Source of the DNA: Botryllus schlosseri
Taxonomy: Eukaryota
Length of the DNA stretch: 64,000 nucleotides
NCBI GenBank assembly: GCA_051294905.1
Contig: CM119373.1
Location: 1,862,001 to 1,926,000, forward strand
Reading direction: 5' to 3'
Shown: one piece after another, positions 38,278 to 50,706 of the stretch
Layout of the letters: every line of letters starts with the position of its first letter
How positions within the stretch are numbered: the stretch's first letter is position 1
Notes under the pieces: generated by a model
Told to the model about the DNA's origin: nothing
The model's database searches: none
Seen by the model: only the letters and a program-made list of their open reading frames with translations
Translations under genes and position numbers: made by a program

Positions 38278-38468
38278 CAATGTTCCGTCTAATTTTTCAC
38301 GAGCCTGCGCGCACTCACCAACTCATTATGCAGTCCCCTGGAGAACAGTGTGTAACGACTAAATAAAACGATCACCAATGTGAATTTTTCGTGCGCAGCA
38401 TAGATGTTCTGTGCGCAGAGACCGTGTCAGTTTTCTGTGACCGTTTTCCGTGCTTAGAAGGAACATTC
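38278..38468. mobile_element. Short simple copy of the caatgttccctctaa MITE
   Basis: Ends caatgttccgtctaa / ttagaaggaacattc; tgtgcgcagagaccg motif shared with 52617-52798. Confidence 0.65.
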
Positions 38469-39329
38469 ATGGTGGGTATCTCAGTTATCGTAGCAAGTGC
38501 CAAAGTCGCCTACTTATTCATATGTTTCTCATAACCTTGCAATTTCTCACTTCACGATTCGAAATCAATTGTATTCATCTTTACCCTGCACATCTTATTC
38601 AATAACTTTACTATCTACCTATTCGAACATTGGCCTTTCACCAAATCTACATACCTATCATATTGTTTGTTTAATTTTATGCCATCCTTCGTTTACCAAT
38701 GATGTATCTTGGCTGCGTACATATAATGTAGCCTACATATACACTGTAAATTCTGAAGTGTTGCTCAACCCGGAAAATTGAACACGAAACGTGATCCAAA
38801 AATTGAACGCCTAGAAGTGTTGCGAAGTGTTCAAATTTAAGGTGTTTACCTGAAAAGTGTTCAGTCTCAAAGTGGCTGGTTGACTAGTCACCGGAACGCA
38901 GGGCTCAAAGTAAAATCAGATTTTATTGATTCATGAATAAATGACGCTTATAATACCCAACCTGGGTGATTAAATACGTGCAAACATTGAAATTTCCAAT
39001 AGCTGCTGTGACAGGGTTTCATAAATTCAGATCAGCAGTTGAAACCGTTCCCGGAAGAGTCGATGACATGACGAACATCACAAATGATTAAGAGCAAACT
39101 TACTACAAATATCATGCAAATCGCTCTCAATGATGAAAATGAATGCATAGGGAATTAGGGATAGTGATAACAAAATATCATTTAGTATCCTGAACTTTCT
39201 TGACAAGGGCATGGAATCAAATTCATTGGTTACGTCCGTTAGCGGAAAACATGATCAACACAAATCATTACAACTTATTTAAAACTGACCAAATTACGGC
39301 TTGTAAATTTCTAATTTATTGTAAACAAA

Positions 39330-42300
39330 CAAACAATGAATGTATCAGTATCACTACCACTACCACGATAAACAACCATAAGTATTTTTTCACTCTTAAT
39401 GAAATTGGGCCTGCTGAAAATATCCTAGGGCTTGCATTAGAAGTATTTATATCAGCTTAATGCCAATCACTTTTGTTTAAATAACAAAGAAATCGTTTCT
39501 TTGAGTCCATACAAATTTTGCAGATTTACAGAAAAGATTTTGTTGTTATTTACCAGTCTGCTGCAAAATATGAAATATGGAAGTCATTAGGGCAGTGGTT
39601 CTTAAAAAATTTTGGACACGCTCCCATATGATAGCAAAACATTTCACACACTCCTTGTTGTCGTATAATAAAATCTAAAAAAGCAAACAGAACGCTAGAA
39701 ATCCCAACGGATAGTTGGATGGCAGTGACGGTAATGGTTGTTGATGAGAGAATATTCAAATATTAAATTCTGACCATACACAGAGAAATAACTACAAGCT
39801 GCCATGCATGCATGTGCGAAAAAGATTTTAGTTTACAGCGGCTTCACGTCGCTTCAAATGCTTTCTCCTGTTTGAGAACCACTCATTTAGGGTATGACAA
39901 TCCAATGCGTAGCAGCTCAAAACGTCAAGAATGTTTCTGAATACTCCATTTTCACTGAAGCAGTTTTATATTCTTGCCATCAGCTGCATTCCAGGCTCGG
40001 TCAATCTCTGATTCGTGGCGTGCCATGGCGTTTGTTTCTTTTCTACTGGTCGACTCCAAGTTGTGCTCCTTGAAAATGTGAATAAATTCCAAAGTTTTGA
40101 ATATGTCAATGAAAATTCTAAATTTTATGCAGAAATAAATATAAAGATTTCACACACGCAGGTTACACAAGCTTAGGATAGGCGCTCGGATACATGTAAA
40201 ATCCTATCACTGAGAAGGACTAAAATTAGCATAACGACTAATAAAAACATCTTGAATCAGGTCTGCGTTTTTTTCAATTCGGCCATTTTGACATTTACAT
40301 TGACATTCAAACGCACAGGCAACAGTGAGAATGCAGAACTGTAACTCAAAATGACAGTTATAGCAGAACGTCGCAGGTCTATGTAAATTTGTATGGTCCA
40401 CAAAAAAGAAAGATTACGGTACCTGTTTCAATAAGACATGCGCTTGGGTCTTGGATTATATTCGTTTGTCTCTCAATTTGGCTTTGAGATGACACTTGAC
40501 TTCATCAACCTCGTTTCGCTGAAAATGTAATTGATTGCAAACAAGATCCGACAATAAATGTAGTAGAATTGTTGTCCCTATGGGTTCGGTTTTCCATTAT
40601 TATAATTGACATAGGGTAGGCTTTACGTATAACTTTGATTCCAAGATTTTATAGGTGCTTCGAATTGAGACGAGAAAATATACCAGACAAAAGACACATT
40701 GATTGTCTTTAGTACAAAAACTTTGTGACATCTTATCGATGGTGTTGAATACTTTTCCTTCATTGCGGTAATTGTAACTGTTCTCAATCTTTCAAAATCC
40801 TTCATTCCTAATTAAATTTAACTAACAAAATTAATTGGAACTAGCACGACATGGGAAATGATCTCCATTTGATGTTCCAAGTATAGTTCAGTAAGCGGTA
40901 GTTTAAATACATGATACACCAACTCTTCACATTCAACAACACCTCTGTTCAATGTACACAGATCAAGCCTCTCTTCAGCTCATATAGCATATATAGATAG
41001 TTTTTGAGAAAATTGGGACTGCAAAAACCAGCACATTACATAATCAATGGTGATATATGAAATGAATAAATAGACTTACATAATCACATGTTTCCATGGG
41101 TTCTTGAGGCAAAAGTATGTATCACAAAAGATGACTGCACCGGTACAAAATCCGTTCAGATGACTGCTCAAGTCACTATCAACATTGTCTGTTAGCAGAG
41201 GCACGGTGGAACCAGGGTTCTTTTCGAAGAGTCGACATCAGTTGGATGAATTTGAGGATCAATCTAAGACTGTTGAAAAGAAAATACTTGTTTTAAAAAT
41301 TTGCAATACAAGGAAACTATTCAATATTCGAACAGCTTCTTCGAGGTACAAAACTTCAATATAAAATTGAATAGTATATAATATAATAATACATAGTATA
41401 ATCGTCAGCAACTAGTGGAAAACTCGAAAGAACGTTGTACATCAACAATATTATCACAAAATATGACATTACCAGCATTCAGTATTTACTTACGCAGATA
41501 TCAGACTGGATGTATTGTATGTGACAAAAGGGTGTCTTCCATAGAACAATTAATTATTGTAATGGAAAGTTGCATGTGACCTTAACACCAATTTTACTCC
41601 AGCCCGAGTACCATACTTTCCTGGATTGTTAATCCTTTTAGTGAAATTTTATCAGCAAACATTCATAAAAATAACCGAATGCAGCTGAATCAAATTCATT
41701 ATCTAAGGATATACCAGTTTACTTACGAAACATGGCGATGCTCAGCAGTATTTCAAACAACAAATCTATTTCAAAAAAGTGCCATTTGCAATACATACTA
41801 CCTGCAGTTTAGGGCATTTTTCATGTTCTTTCCATCAGCCGCAACCCAGGCTTGATGAGTCCCTGATTCGTGGCATGCCATGGCGGCTCTTTTTCTGTAC
41901 TGGTCAAATCCAATTGCTGCTCCTAGAAAATACAATAAATAATAAAGGAAAATTGTAAATTTTATGCACAACTAAATATAAATATTTCACACAGGTAATA
42001 GCTTACAGAAGCGCAGGAGAGGTGCTCAACCCCCCAGGTTGAGAACCAATGACCTAGTCCATTATAGTTCAGTAAGCAATAGTTAAAGTACAAGTTACAC
42101 GAGCTCATTACTTTCAACTACATCCCTGTTCAGTGTTCAGAGTATACAGTTCACTGTACACTGTACAGTGTACACAGATGAAGCCTTTTTCAGCTCATAT
42201 TGAATAGTCCGTAAGCTACTCTGCGAGATAGTTTGTGAGAAAAGTAGGACTGCAAAAACCAGCAAATTACATAATCAATGGTGATATACAAATTGAATAA

Positions 42301-42950
42301 ATAGGCTTACATAATCACATGTATCCATGGGTTCTTGAGAAGGTCTGCATCGCATAAGATGACTGTGCTGGCACAAAACCCGTTACGAACGACTCCTCAC
42401 GTCACTGTCAACATTGTCTGATAGCGCAGGCACGGTAGACCCAGGGGGCTCTTTTTAAAGAGTAGACATCAGTTGGACAAATTTGAGGATCAATCCAAGA
42501 CTATTGAAAAGAAAATATTTGTTGCGAAAATTCGCAATACAAATGAACTGCTCAGTAATCACGCAGATATCATACTGGATACAGTTGTTATTTTCTGCAA
42601 TAAGTTGTGCATGACTGAACGTTGTCTTTCATAGAATAATTAGGTAATGGAATGGAAAGTTGCACATGACGTTACCACCAATTTACTTTGGCACAGGTAG
42701 TATACTTCCTGGATTGTTAACAATTTTAGTGAAATTTTATCAGCAGACACTCATAAAAATCTTCATCACAAAGATAACCGAATGCAACAGAATCAAATTC
42801 ATTCTCTACGGATATTCCAGTTCACTTACAAATCACCGTGATGCTTACCAGGATTCCATACAGCAAATGCATTTCAAAAAGGTACCAATTGCAATACATA
42901 CTACCTGCGACATAGAGTTTAGTTCAGTTACCATATCATAATATAAACTC
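39330..42950 (-). pseudogene. Decayed multi-exon accessory gene of the CACTA element (SAMD3-like by recollection), with an internal duplication
   Basis: Exon-like blocks with GT/AG ends: ~40807-40630 (MKDFERLRTVTITAMKEKYSTPS), ~40519-40424 (RNEVDEVKCHLKAKLRDKR), ~40049-39900 (ARHESEIDRAWNAADGKN); candidate first exon MDILKQFLLPGGVKDHNVHVL at ~47819-47753; contains stops and frameshifts. Confidence 0.45.
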
Positions 42951-44199
42951 AGAAAAGTCAAATTTGCGGATTGGGCGAAACCAATACTACCCCTTTTGAT
43001 CCATGGTTTGTTGAAAAGATGGTTTGTTTTGCTGTGCTATTATTAGGGCGATTTTTTTGGCTTAAAAAGGGAAATTTGACTAAAAAATCCAAATTCACAC
43101 ATATTTTGATGATGAAAAACTTAATTTTGACCCCATGTACTTAAAGGGGCACTGCACTCAAAAAATGATGTGGTCTCAAATTGAAGGGCAAAACGAAAAA
43201 ATAATTTTGGCCGCAGCCGTTTTCTTCAGAACGCCACCGTAATGGAGCTGCAATTTATTGAAATTTCCAGAGTTGCATCCGGCTGCAGCTGTCGCGGCTC
43301 CGGGTCATTTCTTAACCCGTTACATGGCACGATGCCTTCATCGTCGCACTTGCTCGGCGCGATTAGGCAGTCACGCAGAGGACGAACTTTAGATAGTTGC
43401 CAGCCAATGCTACGAAGGAAATATGTCTTACACGCCAAGGTGGTGTAGATACGCCGTTCCACGGAGGATGTTTACTCAGTTCAGTCAGGAGATTTTTCTC
43501 TTAATCGGGGCTAGGGTATTCTATTTCTTGAGGGCAGGAATAGATCATGTCCTATTCTTATGTTATGTATAAAACATTACCATCACCAATCACTCAATCA
43601 GTGTGCCCTCTGAACATTTCAAAATTCAGAGCGGTCATAATTGGTTTCGCATTCAGGTTGGAGAATCATAAGATGAGGGTTTGAGGGTATCGTAAAATTA
43701 TGGCTTGGGGATTAGTAAGATTACAATACAATGAATATGTTTTAGGGTCAGCTGCGGAGTTGTGGGTTCAGGTTAGGTTTGCGTACCGTTGGATTTTGGT
43801 TAAGGATGATGAATTTTCCTAGAGTACCCGAACCCTACACCAATTTAGAATGTCATGAATTTTGTCATGTTCATGGGGAACCCTGACTGGTGGTATTCGT
43901 GTTGTGGATAAGAAATGACTGAAGTTATCCCGAAAATCGACTACAGCATAAAGTGCTTTTCAACCTGTGTGACGGTTCGTACTTGTGCGAATGAAAAGAT
44001 TTTCAAACAAATAGTCAACCAATGTTAAGCGTGAAAGAAAAACTGTATTTCCGGAGTTGAGCCAGAAAGTTGGCTTTTTTTCAGTCGACCGACAACGGAG
44101 TCTGATTTACCATTTTCCAGGATTCTACATGATCCACTATTCTATTTCTAAAAATTTTGAATAAGTGTCCTCCTGTCCCGAATCCAAAATATGATAATG

Positions 44200-44398
44200 A
44201 TTACCAGTAAACTCGGCCCTCGGTGAATTCGGCCTCACGAACTCGGCCTTCAGTGAACTCGGCCCTCGGGAAATTTTGTTATTACAGCGAATCATTGAAC
44301 TAATAATACTATTATCAAGTGATTGCTGAAAATATTAATAAACCTGAGGGAAGAGTTTGTGTCGCCGAATTCACCGAGGGCCGAGTTCACCGGCAACC
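44200..44398. mobile_element. Small MITE with actcggcc subterminal repeats
   Basis: gattaccagtaaactcggccctcggtgaattcggc / gccgaattcaccgagggccgagttcaccggcaacc; flanks atgataat / atgataac. Confidence 0.7.
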
Positions 44399-44651
44399 AT
44401 GATAACCCTACATTGTAGGTAATAGTGGGCGATGCCAGTGTTGATTTGAATGCAAAGTATTGGAATTTCGGCACACATTCATATAGCGATGACATAACAC
44501 GTCGATTTAGTGGAAAAGTGATATATTGTTCATTGGTTCGCCCTTCAAGCTTCGAAAGAAATCACTGCACGATACCCCCAGAAAAAGCAACGAATACCTT
44601 GAGAACAGCGGAAGTGCGATATCTGTGATTTTTCTACTGCAGTGATTTTAG

Positions 44652-44823
44652 TATTTGATTAATCAACAATACGATACGCTGAATGTGAAATAATGACGCT
44701 CTGTACCTATAGGAAGCCCTACAAATACAAAAGTGATATTTGATTAATCAACAATACGATACGCTGAATGTGAAATAATGACGCTCTGTACCTACAGGAA
44801 GCCCTACAAATACAAAAGTGATA
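44652..44823. repeat. 85-bp tandem duplication
   Basis: Two near-identical units starting at 44652 and 44737. Confidence 0.9.
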
Positions 44824-45002
44824 AGCTTTTCATTTTCTTTTTGTGTAATAAATTCTAGCTGGCTGGTGCGCATTAAATTGTCAAAAAAAGTGCGAATGGA
44901 GCTCAAAAAGGTTGAAAAGCACTGGTCTACGATATTGTCTTGCTCTACCCAGAGTCTTCGTAATAGTATATAGAATATACATTGACATTATTAAAAGCTG
45001 CA

Positions 45003-45560
45003 ATGACATCGACAAGTTGTGCCGTTACATCGTGTGAAGTCAAATGGAATGACGCATCGCATACTCTTCATAAAATTCCTTCTGAAATTGCACTAAGACG
45101 ACAGTGCCATATCCGTCAATAAATCACCAGTTTGCTGTGTGGTATGTCTGCAAAGGTGACTGAATACTGATATTATTTGAATCTTCTTTTGCCTGACTAA
45201 CCATTTCTCAGGACTGAAAAAAAGTTGGTGTCTCTGGGAGAGAAGAAAGGTATGGAAGACTTGCTACTATGGACAAGGAGCATCACCAAACACTTTTGGT
45301 GGTGCTGTCAGCATTGAGGTCAAGATAGCAGTGTAAGTCTACATATCAACTATGTCTGACATCACATATTAGTAACTTTTTATATACCAATATGCAATTG
45401 CAGTTGCAGGTGCTAAAAAGAAGATGGATATCTCTTCTGCATCACATCACTGGCGAACATGAGCGGACACTTGACGGGGAGACATATTCCTGCAGCCATG
45501 GCACTTTGACTGGGGATCAGTGCCTAAGAACTAGATGGTTGCAATGTGGATCTCCCAGTG
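45003..45560 (+). pseudogene. Kolobok transposase relic: THAP N-terminus plus core fragments
   Basis: MTSTSCAVTSCEVKWNDASHTLHKIPSEIALRRQ (THAP C-x4-C...H-x-x-P pattern); KKLVSLGEKKGMEDLLLWTRSITKHFWWCCQH; LKRRWISLLHHITGEHE...CSHGTL...RWLQCGSP. Confidence 0.75.
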
Positions 45561-45719
45561 GATCTGCCCCGTTGTAATACCCTACCCTGGCTATATAGTC
45601 CTCGGTTGTTTCTTTTATTACTATATTGAATTTTTAATAAATACCGAGTAAGCCATTGGTGGAATATAAGAATGCAAACAGTTCCTGTTCGCTGTACTGA
45701 TTTCGACTTATATAGCAGA

Positions 45720-46056
45720 ATCACAGTTCGTTAGAAAGCCTTCTGCCAGGACCATGTGGTTGATTGTTATTATTCCAGTTTTTTCTGTTCACAGTTCGAG
45801 CACCATTCATTGTCAAGTGTCTGAAGTTGACTCTGGTTTTCTGACGATTTCTTTGACCAATACAGTGAGATTGATAAATTGCATTCAAGAAACACAGGTG
45901 CAATACTTGAGTTTGTGCTTCTAGAGTTGCAACAAGACCGGCGAATTCCTCCTCTGAATATTGTGGCTCAAATTGACACGGCAGGCTCTCACCAAATATT
46001 GTGATATCATCGAAATCTTCATCAGAAGTTCATTCATCAACAAGATCTTCTTCCAT
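45720..46056 (-). pseudogene. Relic of the convergent second Kolobok ORF (KolX-like N-terminus)
   Basis: MEEDLVDE*TSDEDFDDITIFGESLPCQFEPQYSEEEF: acidic N-terminus with a P-x-x-F-E-P motif, convergent with the transposase. Confidence 0.5.
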
Positions 46057-49000
46057 ACCATTAATTTTAACAAATTTTACGTTATCTACGTGTCAAAGGA
46101 ATTGCATGAATGAACTGATGGAGACAGAAGATTCGTTAGTGAAACTGAGAACAACAATGTTACGATAAACATTTCCACAACAATATTGGAACTTTGATGA
46201 GAATGAAACAATGATATTTTCGTGTTGACCATCGATACATCTGTGTCTTGTACAAGTAAACTGGACCGTATCAAGGCATGATTCCTTCACAACATCGACT
46301 GACAACTATCTAAAGTTCGTCCTTTGTGTGACTGCCTAATCCCGCCGAGCAAGTGCGACGATGAAGTCATCGTGCCATGTAACGGGTTAAGGAATGACCC
46401 GGAGCCGCGACAGCTGCAGCCGGATGCAACTCTGGAAATTTCAATAAATTGCAGCTCCATTACGGTGGCGTTCTGAAGAAAACGGCTGCGGCCAAAATTA
46501 TTTTTTCGTTTTGCCCTTCAATTTGAGACCACATCATTTTTTGAGTGCAGTGCCCCTTTAAATTAGGTGTTTCTCACATAATGCTAGAATTGTATTACCG
46601 GTACTTATCTTCATTTCTGGATGGAGCTGTCTGTTCTTCCGAAGTAGTTTGACCTGAAAAAATCTTATAGCATGAAAACTGACAAATTTTTACATGAAAA
46701 AACCTTATTTTATCGAAATCTGGACCCGTGGAGAATTCTAGTATTAGTTACATCTCGTATTATGGTAGAAATAATTAAAACTTTGGTGTAGTACAACGAA
46801 AGATACTTTCCTACATTTTCGGGTAGAAAGTGTCTGTCCTAACTAAGTAGCTTGGCAAGAATGAAGAAAGAACGTTCACCAGCGGCAGTTGTTGGCCGGC
46901 TACACTGAAGTTGTGAGTACACTGCCCTCTCTCTCATTATGACAAGGTTGTCTACATCACAATTTTTCATCATACGGTTTCTAATGGAAGAACCAATGCT
47001 CACGCAGTGTTGCTTTAGTTAGAATAGTGGAGTAGGCTACGTTGAGCATTTGTTTCATTTGACAGTCTATTATTCACAATTAGCAGACGATGGTCCGTCT
47101 ACAACGGTAGGACTATAAAGTAGGCTGCAAGATGTAAATTATAAAATGATAAGTTCACCGACAGTGCAATCATCTATGATACAAATGAAATGCAAGTTTG
47201 CCAAAAACATTTTGATTTTGTAAACAATTTCGGCAATTTTTGACCTGACGGTACAATTTTGACAAAATTTTGACCTATGTTGACATGTCACAAAATCGCT
47301 TCAGTAAGCAGTACAGTGTAAAATGTGTACAGTTGAAAAACAATCAAAACCGTTGCATGACTGTCATACCGGTATTCAATTGCTGATATTGCAGTACTTG
47401 TCCACAATGGACCACAATATCGCCTACATAGAGTTATTTCAGTGTGGATGGAGAGAACATCCCTTTATCTATATATCAAAAAAGTTGGTTCGATAGCAGC
47501 TTCCCATCAGTACCTTGTACCTGGTCGCAGCCTGGTAAAATAATCAGATTCGAAGCTCGATCGTCCAGCAATAAGATCAGACGAATTATATACTACAAAA
47601 CATCTAAAGAACATTCATATGAATAAGGGATATCAGTAGCCTACTAAAACATCTAAAACAAGCGACTTTACTGTGCACAATGGCAAAACGACTTCATTTT
47701 ATGACTATTCTCACATTACATATATTCAATAACATTTACCGCATTTCCATACCTTACAGTACATGGACGTTATGATCCTTTACGCCACCAGGTAGCAGGA
47801 ACTGCTTTAATATATCCATTCTGCCAAGTCTTTTAGTGTACCCTACTCTCTGCTTGAAGCCTGACGAACCACCAATTCAAATTCGAAACTGAAATCGAGC
47901 GCGCTCTACCGTAACGAAGGTGGCGACCCCTCTGCGTCACAGGGAAATATGTATATTTTATTGTAATATTACCCTTAAACTTGATGGTTTGGTCAGTTGA
48001 ATAACATTATTATACATATACCATGATTTTATGTGATCTCCAATCCCACCGATACTTTATGAATGTGAAATTGACGATAAATTACAAAGTATAAATTTTC
48101 TTGAAAATAAGCCGCAGTGGCGAAGTGTTACATATAAACGGAGAAATACGCAGAAGCGTTGCGACGATAATGGCCCAGTGCGTTTATATGCCCAAAAAGT
48201 GTGTCTGTACGCAGAAAAAAGTGTTATGAAGTGTTCAATACGACCTTGCGGATTTACAGTGATACGTAATTATGTACACATGACAATCCCAGCTGGTGAT
48301 TGAAATAAAAACTTTGCCGTGACTGGCCGTCACACGCTCGTTTTTGAAATTTGCTACTAGATTTTTGTGGCGTGAAGAAGAAATATATTTATGTGCGCAG
48401 AAAAGTGGTTGCGACGATATGACTTAATCATGAAAATGTGTCGATATTTGTATTACGCAAATTGGTTTGATATTATAATAACACCTGTCTCACTTCCACT
48501 TCTCTGGAAAGTTGTTACTTGCGCGGGTGAAACTAGGGCAGGTTATAGAGCGAGAGAAACAGCGGCAATGCCGCACCGAATATTTGTGATTACACGAGTT
48601 AATTAAAAATACATTCAATAGCTGTATTCGCTATTTTGAAGAAAAAAACGTATTGTATTCCAAGTATCGCTAAACGCTGTCGGGGACCGTTGGTGTACTT
48701 TAGTATAATGTTACGCAACTGGGAACACATGAAGTATCGACCAACATGCGACTGGGTAAAATGCGTTGTTAAAAATTCGGTGATGATGAAACCTTGGCCC
48801 AATGCTACCCGAAATCTTCGATATAGATACTTACCGTCGTCGAAATCGCCGGCACCAAACCATCCCGAAAGATCGATAAATTGTTGAAATCACGCATAAT
48901 TCCGATTGCTCGAGAAATTGAAATCATAAATCGTTCTTAGTATTGATTTGCGTAATATTGGTTATTGCGCATTTTCTATACGGCCCTACTTTCCATATAT

Positions 49001-50406
49001 GAACGTAAAACATAGTACGCTAACGTTGAAAATATATCATTTCGATTTGCAAGGCATGGGTCGCGAGATGTCGATAAAAGTCAGAATTGAGTCGCAGTCT
49101 AAAAAGTGAAAGAACAACTGTTTCAGAATAACAGCGGATCATCTGCTGCAGCAGAACGTTTGAGTGAAAATAGAGCAACCAGAAGCAACTATGGAAAGCT
49201 GGCTGCTATGATAATATTCGGGTATTGTCGAATACCGGAACTAGCCTACATGTCGTTACCTGATCATAGTCGGGCGTGGTATCGAGAATGTGATCATGCG
49301 GTTGTGTAATTTGTAGTTATAAATGCCGAGATGTGCGAGCCATATACCGCATCGCATCGGAACGTATATTGGTGAATAATGCTGCTCTCATTGATAGTAC
49401 ATAGCACATCCTGACCCGCAGCGAAGATTCCGTATTACATATAACACGGGGTTTTAATTGTGGCAAACAATGACTCACGAGGAATGAATATGCTTTATGA
49501 ACCCGTGTGACAAACAACGATAATCCACGGAACAAATAAACTGGCACTTGCTCGGTCAAAACGGCTTTTGCTTATAGAACTGAGGCAGTTTGCGTTCGAT
49601 AGTTTCTTTGACCCTGTGGTCTGAATAGCCATTGGCAACTAAAATACATTTTGATGATGTCTTCCATTCCTCTAGTTTTAGCGTGGCTAAAAGCGGCTAA
49701 ACGGATGTATCTTATTTTTGAGACGGAATAGTCTGTAGTCTATTTACGTTGGCGAAATAATATTGACATAAAGTCATATGATCTCTCGGTAAAACGTGGT
49801 GAAATGTTTATAGTACCCCTATCCAGGATCGTAGCAGCACTTGGTCAACCAACCCCAAAGGCCGGTCTTGGGCACCCATATAGTGTTTTCAACACAATTA
49901 ACTTGGTTTTCAGGAAAGGACAATTGCGACTGAAGATATTAATATCGAAATTTTCGCCGATGTCCCGTGATATTAGGGTCCGAATGTCAGTCGGTGCACC
50001 GAAACTTTGCAGGTCCAGGAATCTTTCGGCCAGCGCCCAAATGTCCATGTGTGATAGTCCCGCCCCAGTAATTTCACACCTCTGGACTAAAGCCTCCTAC
50101 CGGCCTCCAGGCATCATTCTCTCACAATTGCGAAAACATCTGTACTCATTTCTTTAACTCATGTTGCATGTTGTATTGCTAGCCTCCAATTATTTTGTCG
50201 GAGGGAATGGTTTACCCAAATTAACAGCAAGAATTCTCTAGAAAAGGAAACTCGCCCAGCGCCAAAAAAATTTACGTGCTGAAGAAATTTGGCTAATATT
50301 ATTATTCTTCATGCTTCACCTATTTGGGACTTCGTAACCCCGTGGACCCCTGTTGTTTAAGAAACACCGTTCTGGATAATTCAAGATTCAAGTTTTCACC
50401 TTTTAG

Positions 50407-50466
50407 ACAAGCAAGAAGCATTAAGTGCAGGAGAAAGCGGAAGAAAAGAACCGGTGAACGAGAGAG
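50407..50466 (+). CDS. Mini-exon, 60 nt, phase 1-1 (DKQEALSAGESGRKEPVNER)
   Basis: ttttag acceptor, gtagat donor; same length, splice context and SAG core as the paralogous exon 56407-56466. Confidence 0.7.
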
Positions 50467-50706
50467 GTAGATTACTTTCATATAATTTACAGTATGACTT
50501 GCGCGTATGACGCGTTCAAGATTATATGCCCGTGGTATATAGTGCCGTACTGGCTGCCAGGTTTATTGATAGCCCCTGTCGGCGTAATTCCGTGATTGAG
50601 GTCAGTCGTCCGGCCACGTTCAGGCTATATCAGTTTCACTGCAACGAAAAAGCTCATTCATCTATCACTGTTATTTGCTTTTCAGATGGAAATCAAGTGT
50701 CATTGC

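Larger units (their letters stand above)
43145..46557 (+). mobile_element. Kolobok-superfamily DNA transposon, internally deleted, with ~280-bp TIRs
   Basis: TTAA TSD (43141-43144, 46558-46561); AGG...CCT termini; TIR near-perfect for ~230 bp then decaying to ~43430/46275; THAP and transposase relics inside. Confidence 0.92.
38742..48261 (-). mobile_element. 9.5-kb CACTA/EnSpm element (CACTG termini), decayed, intronic, hosting further insertions
   Basis: TIR cactgtaaat / atttacagtg; 3-bp TSD ata (38739-38741, 48262-48264); aagtgtt motifs at both ends; spliced decayed ORF exons on the minus strand. Confidence 0.8.
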
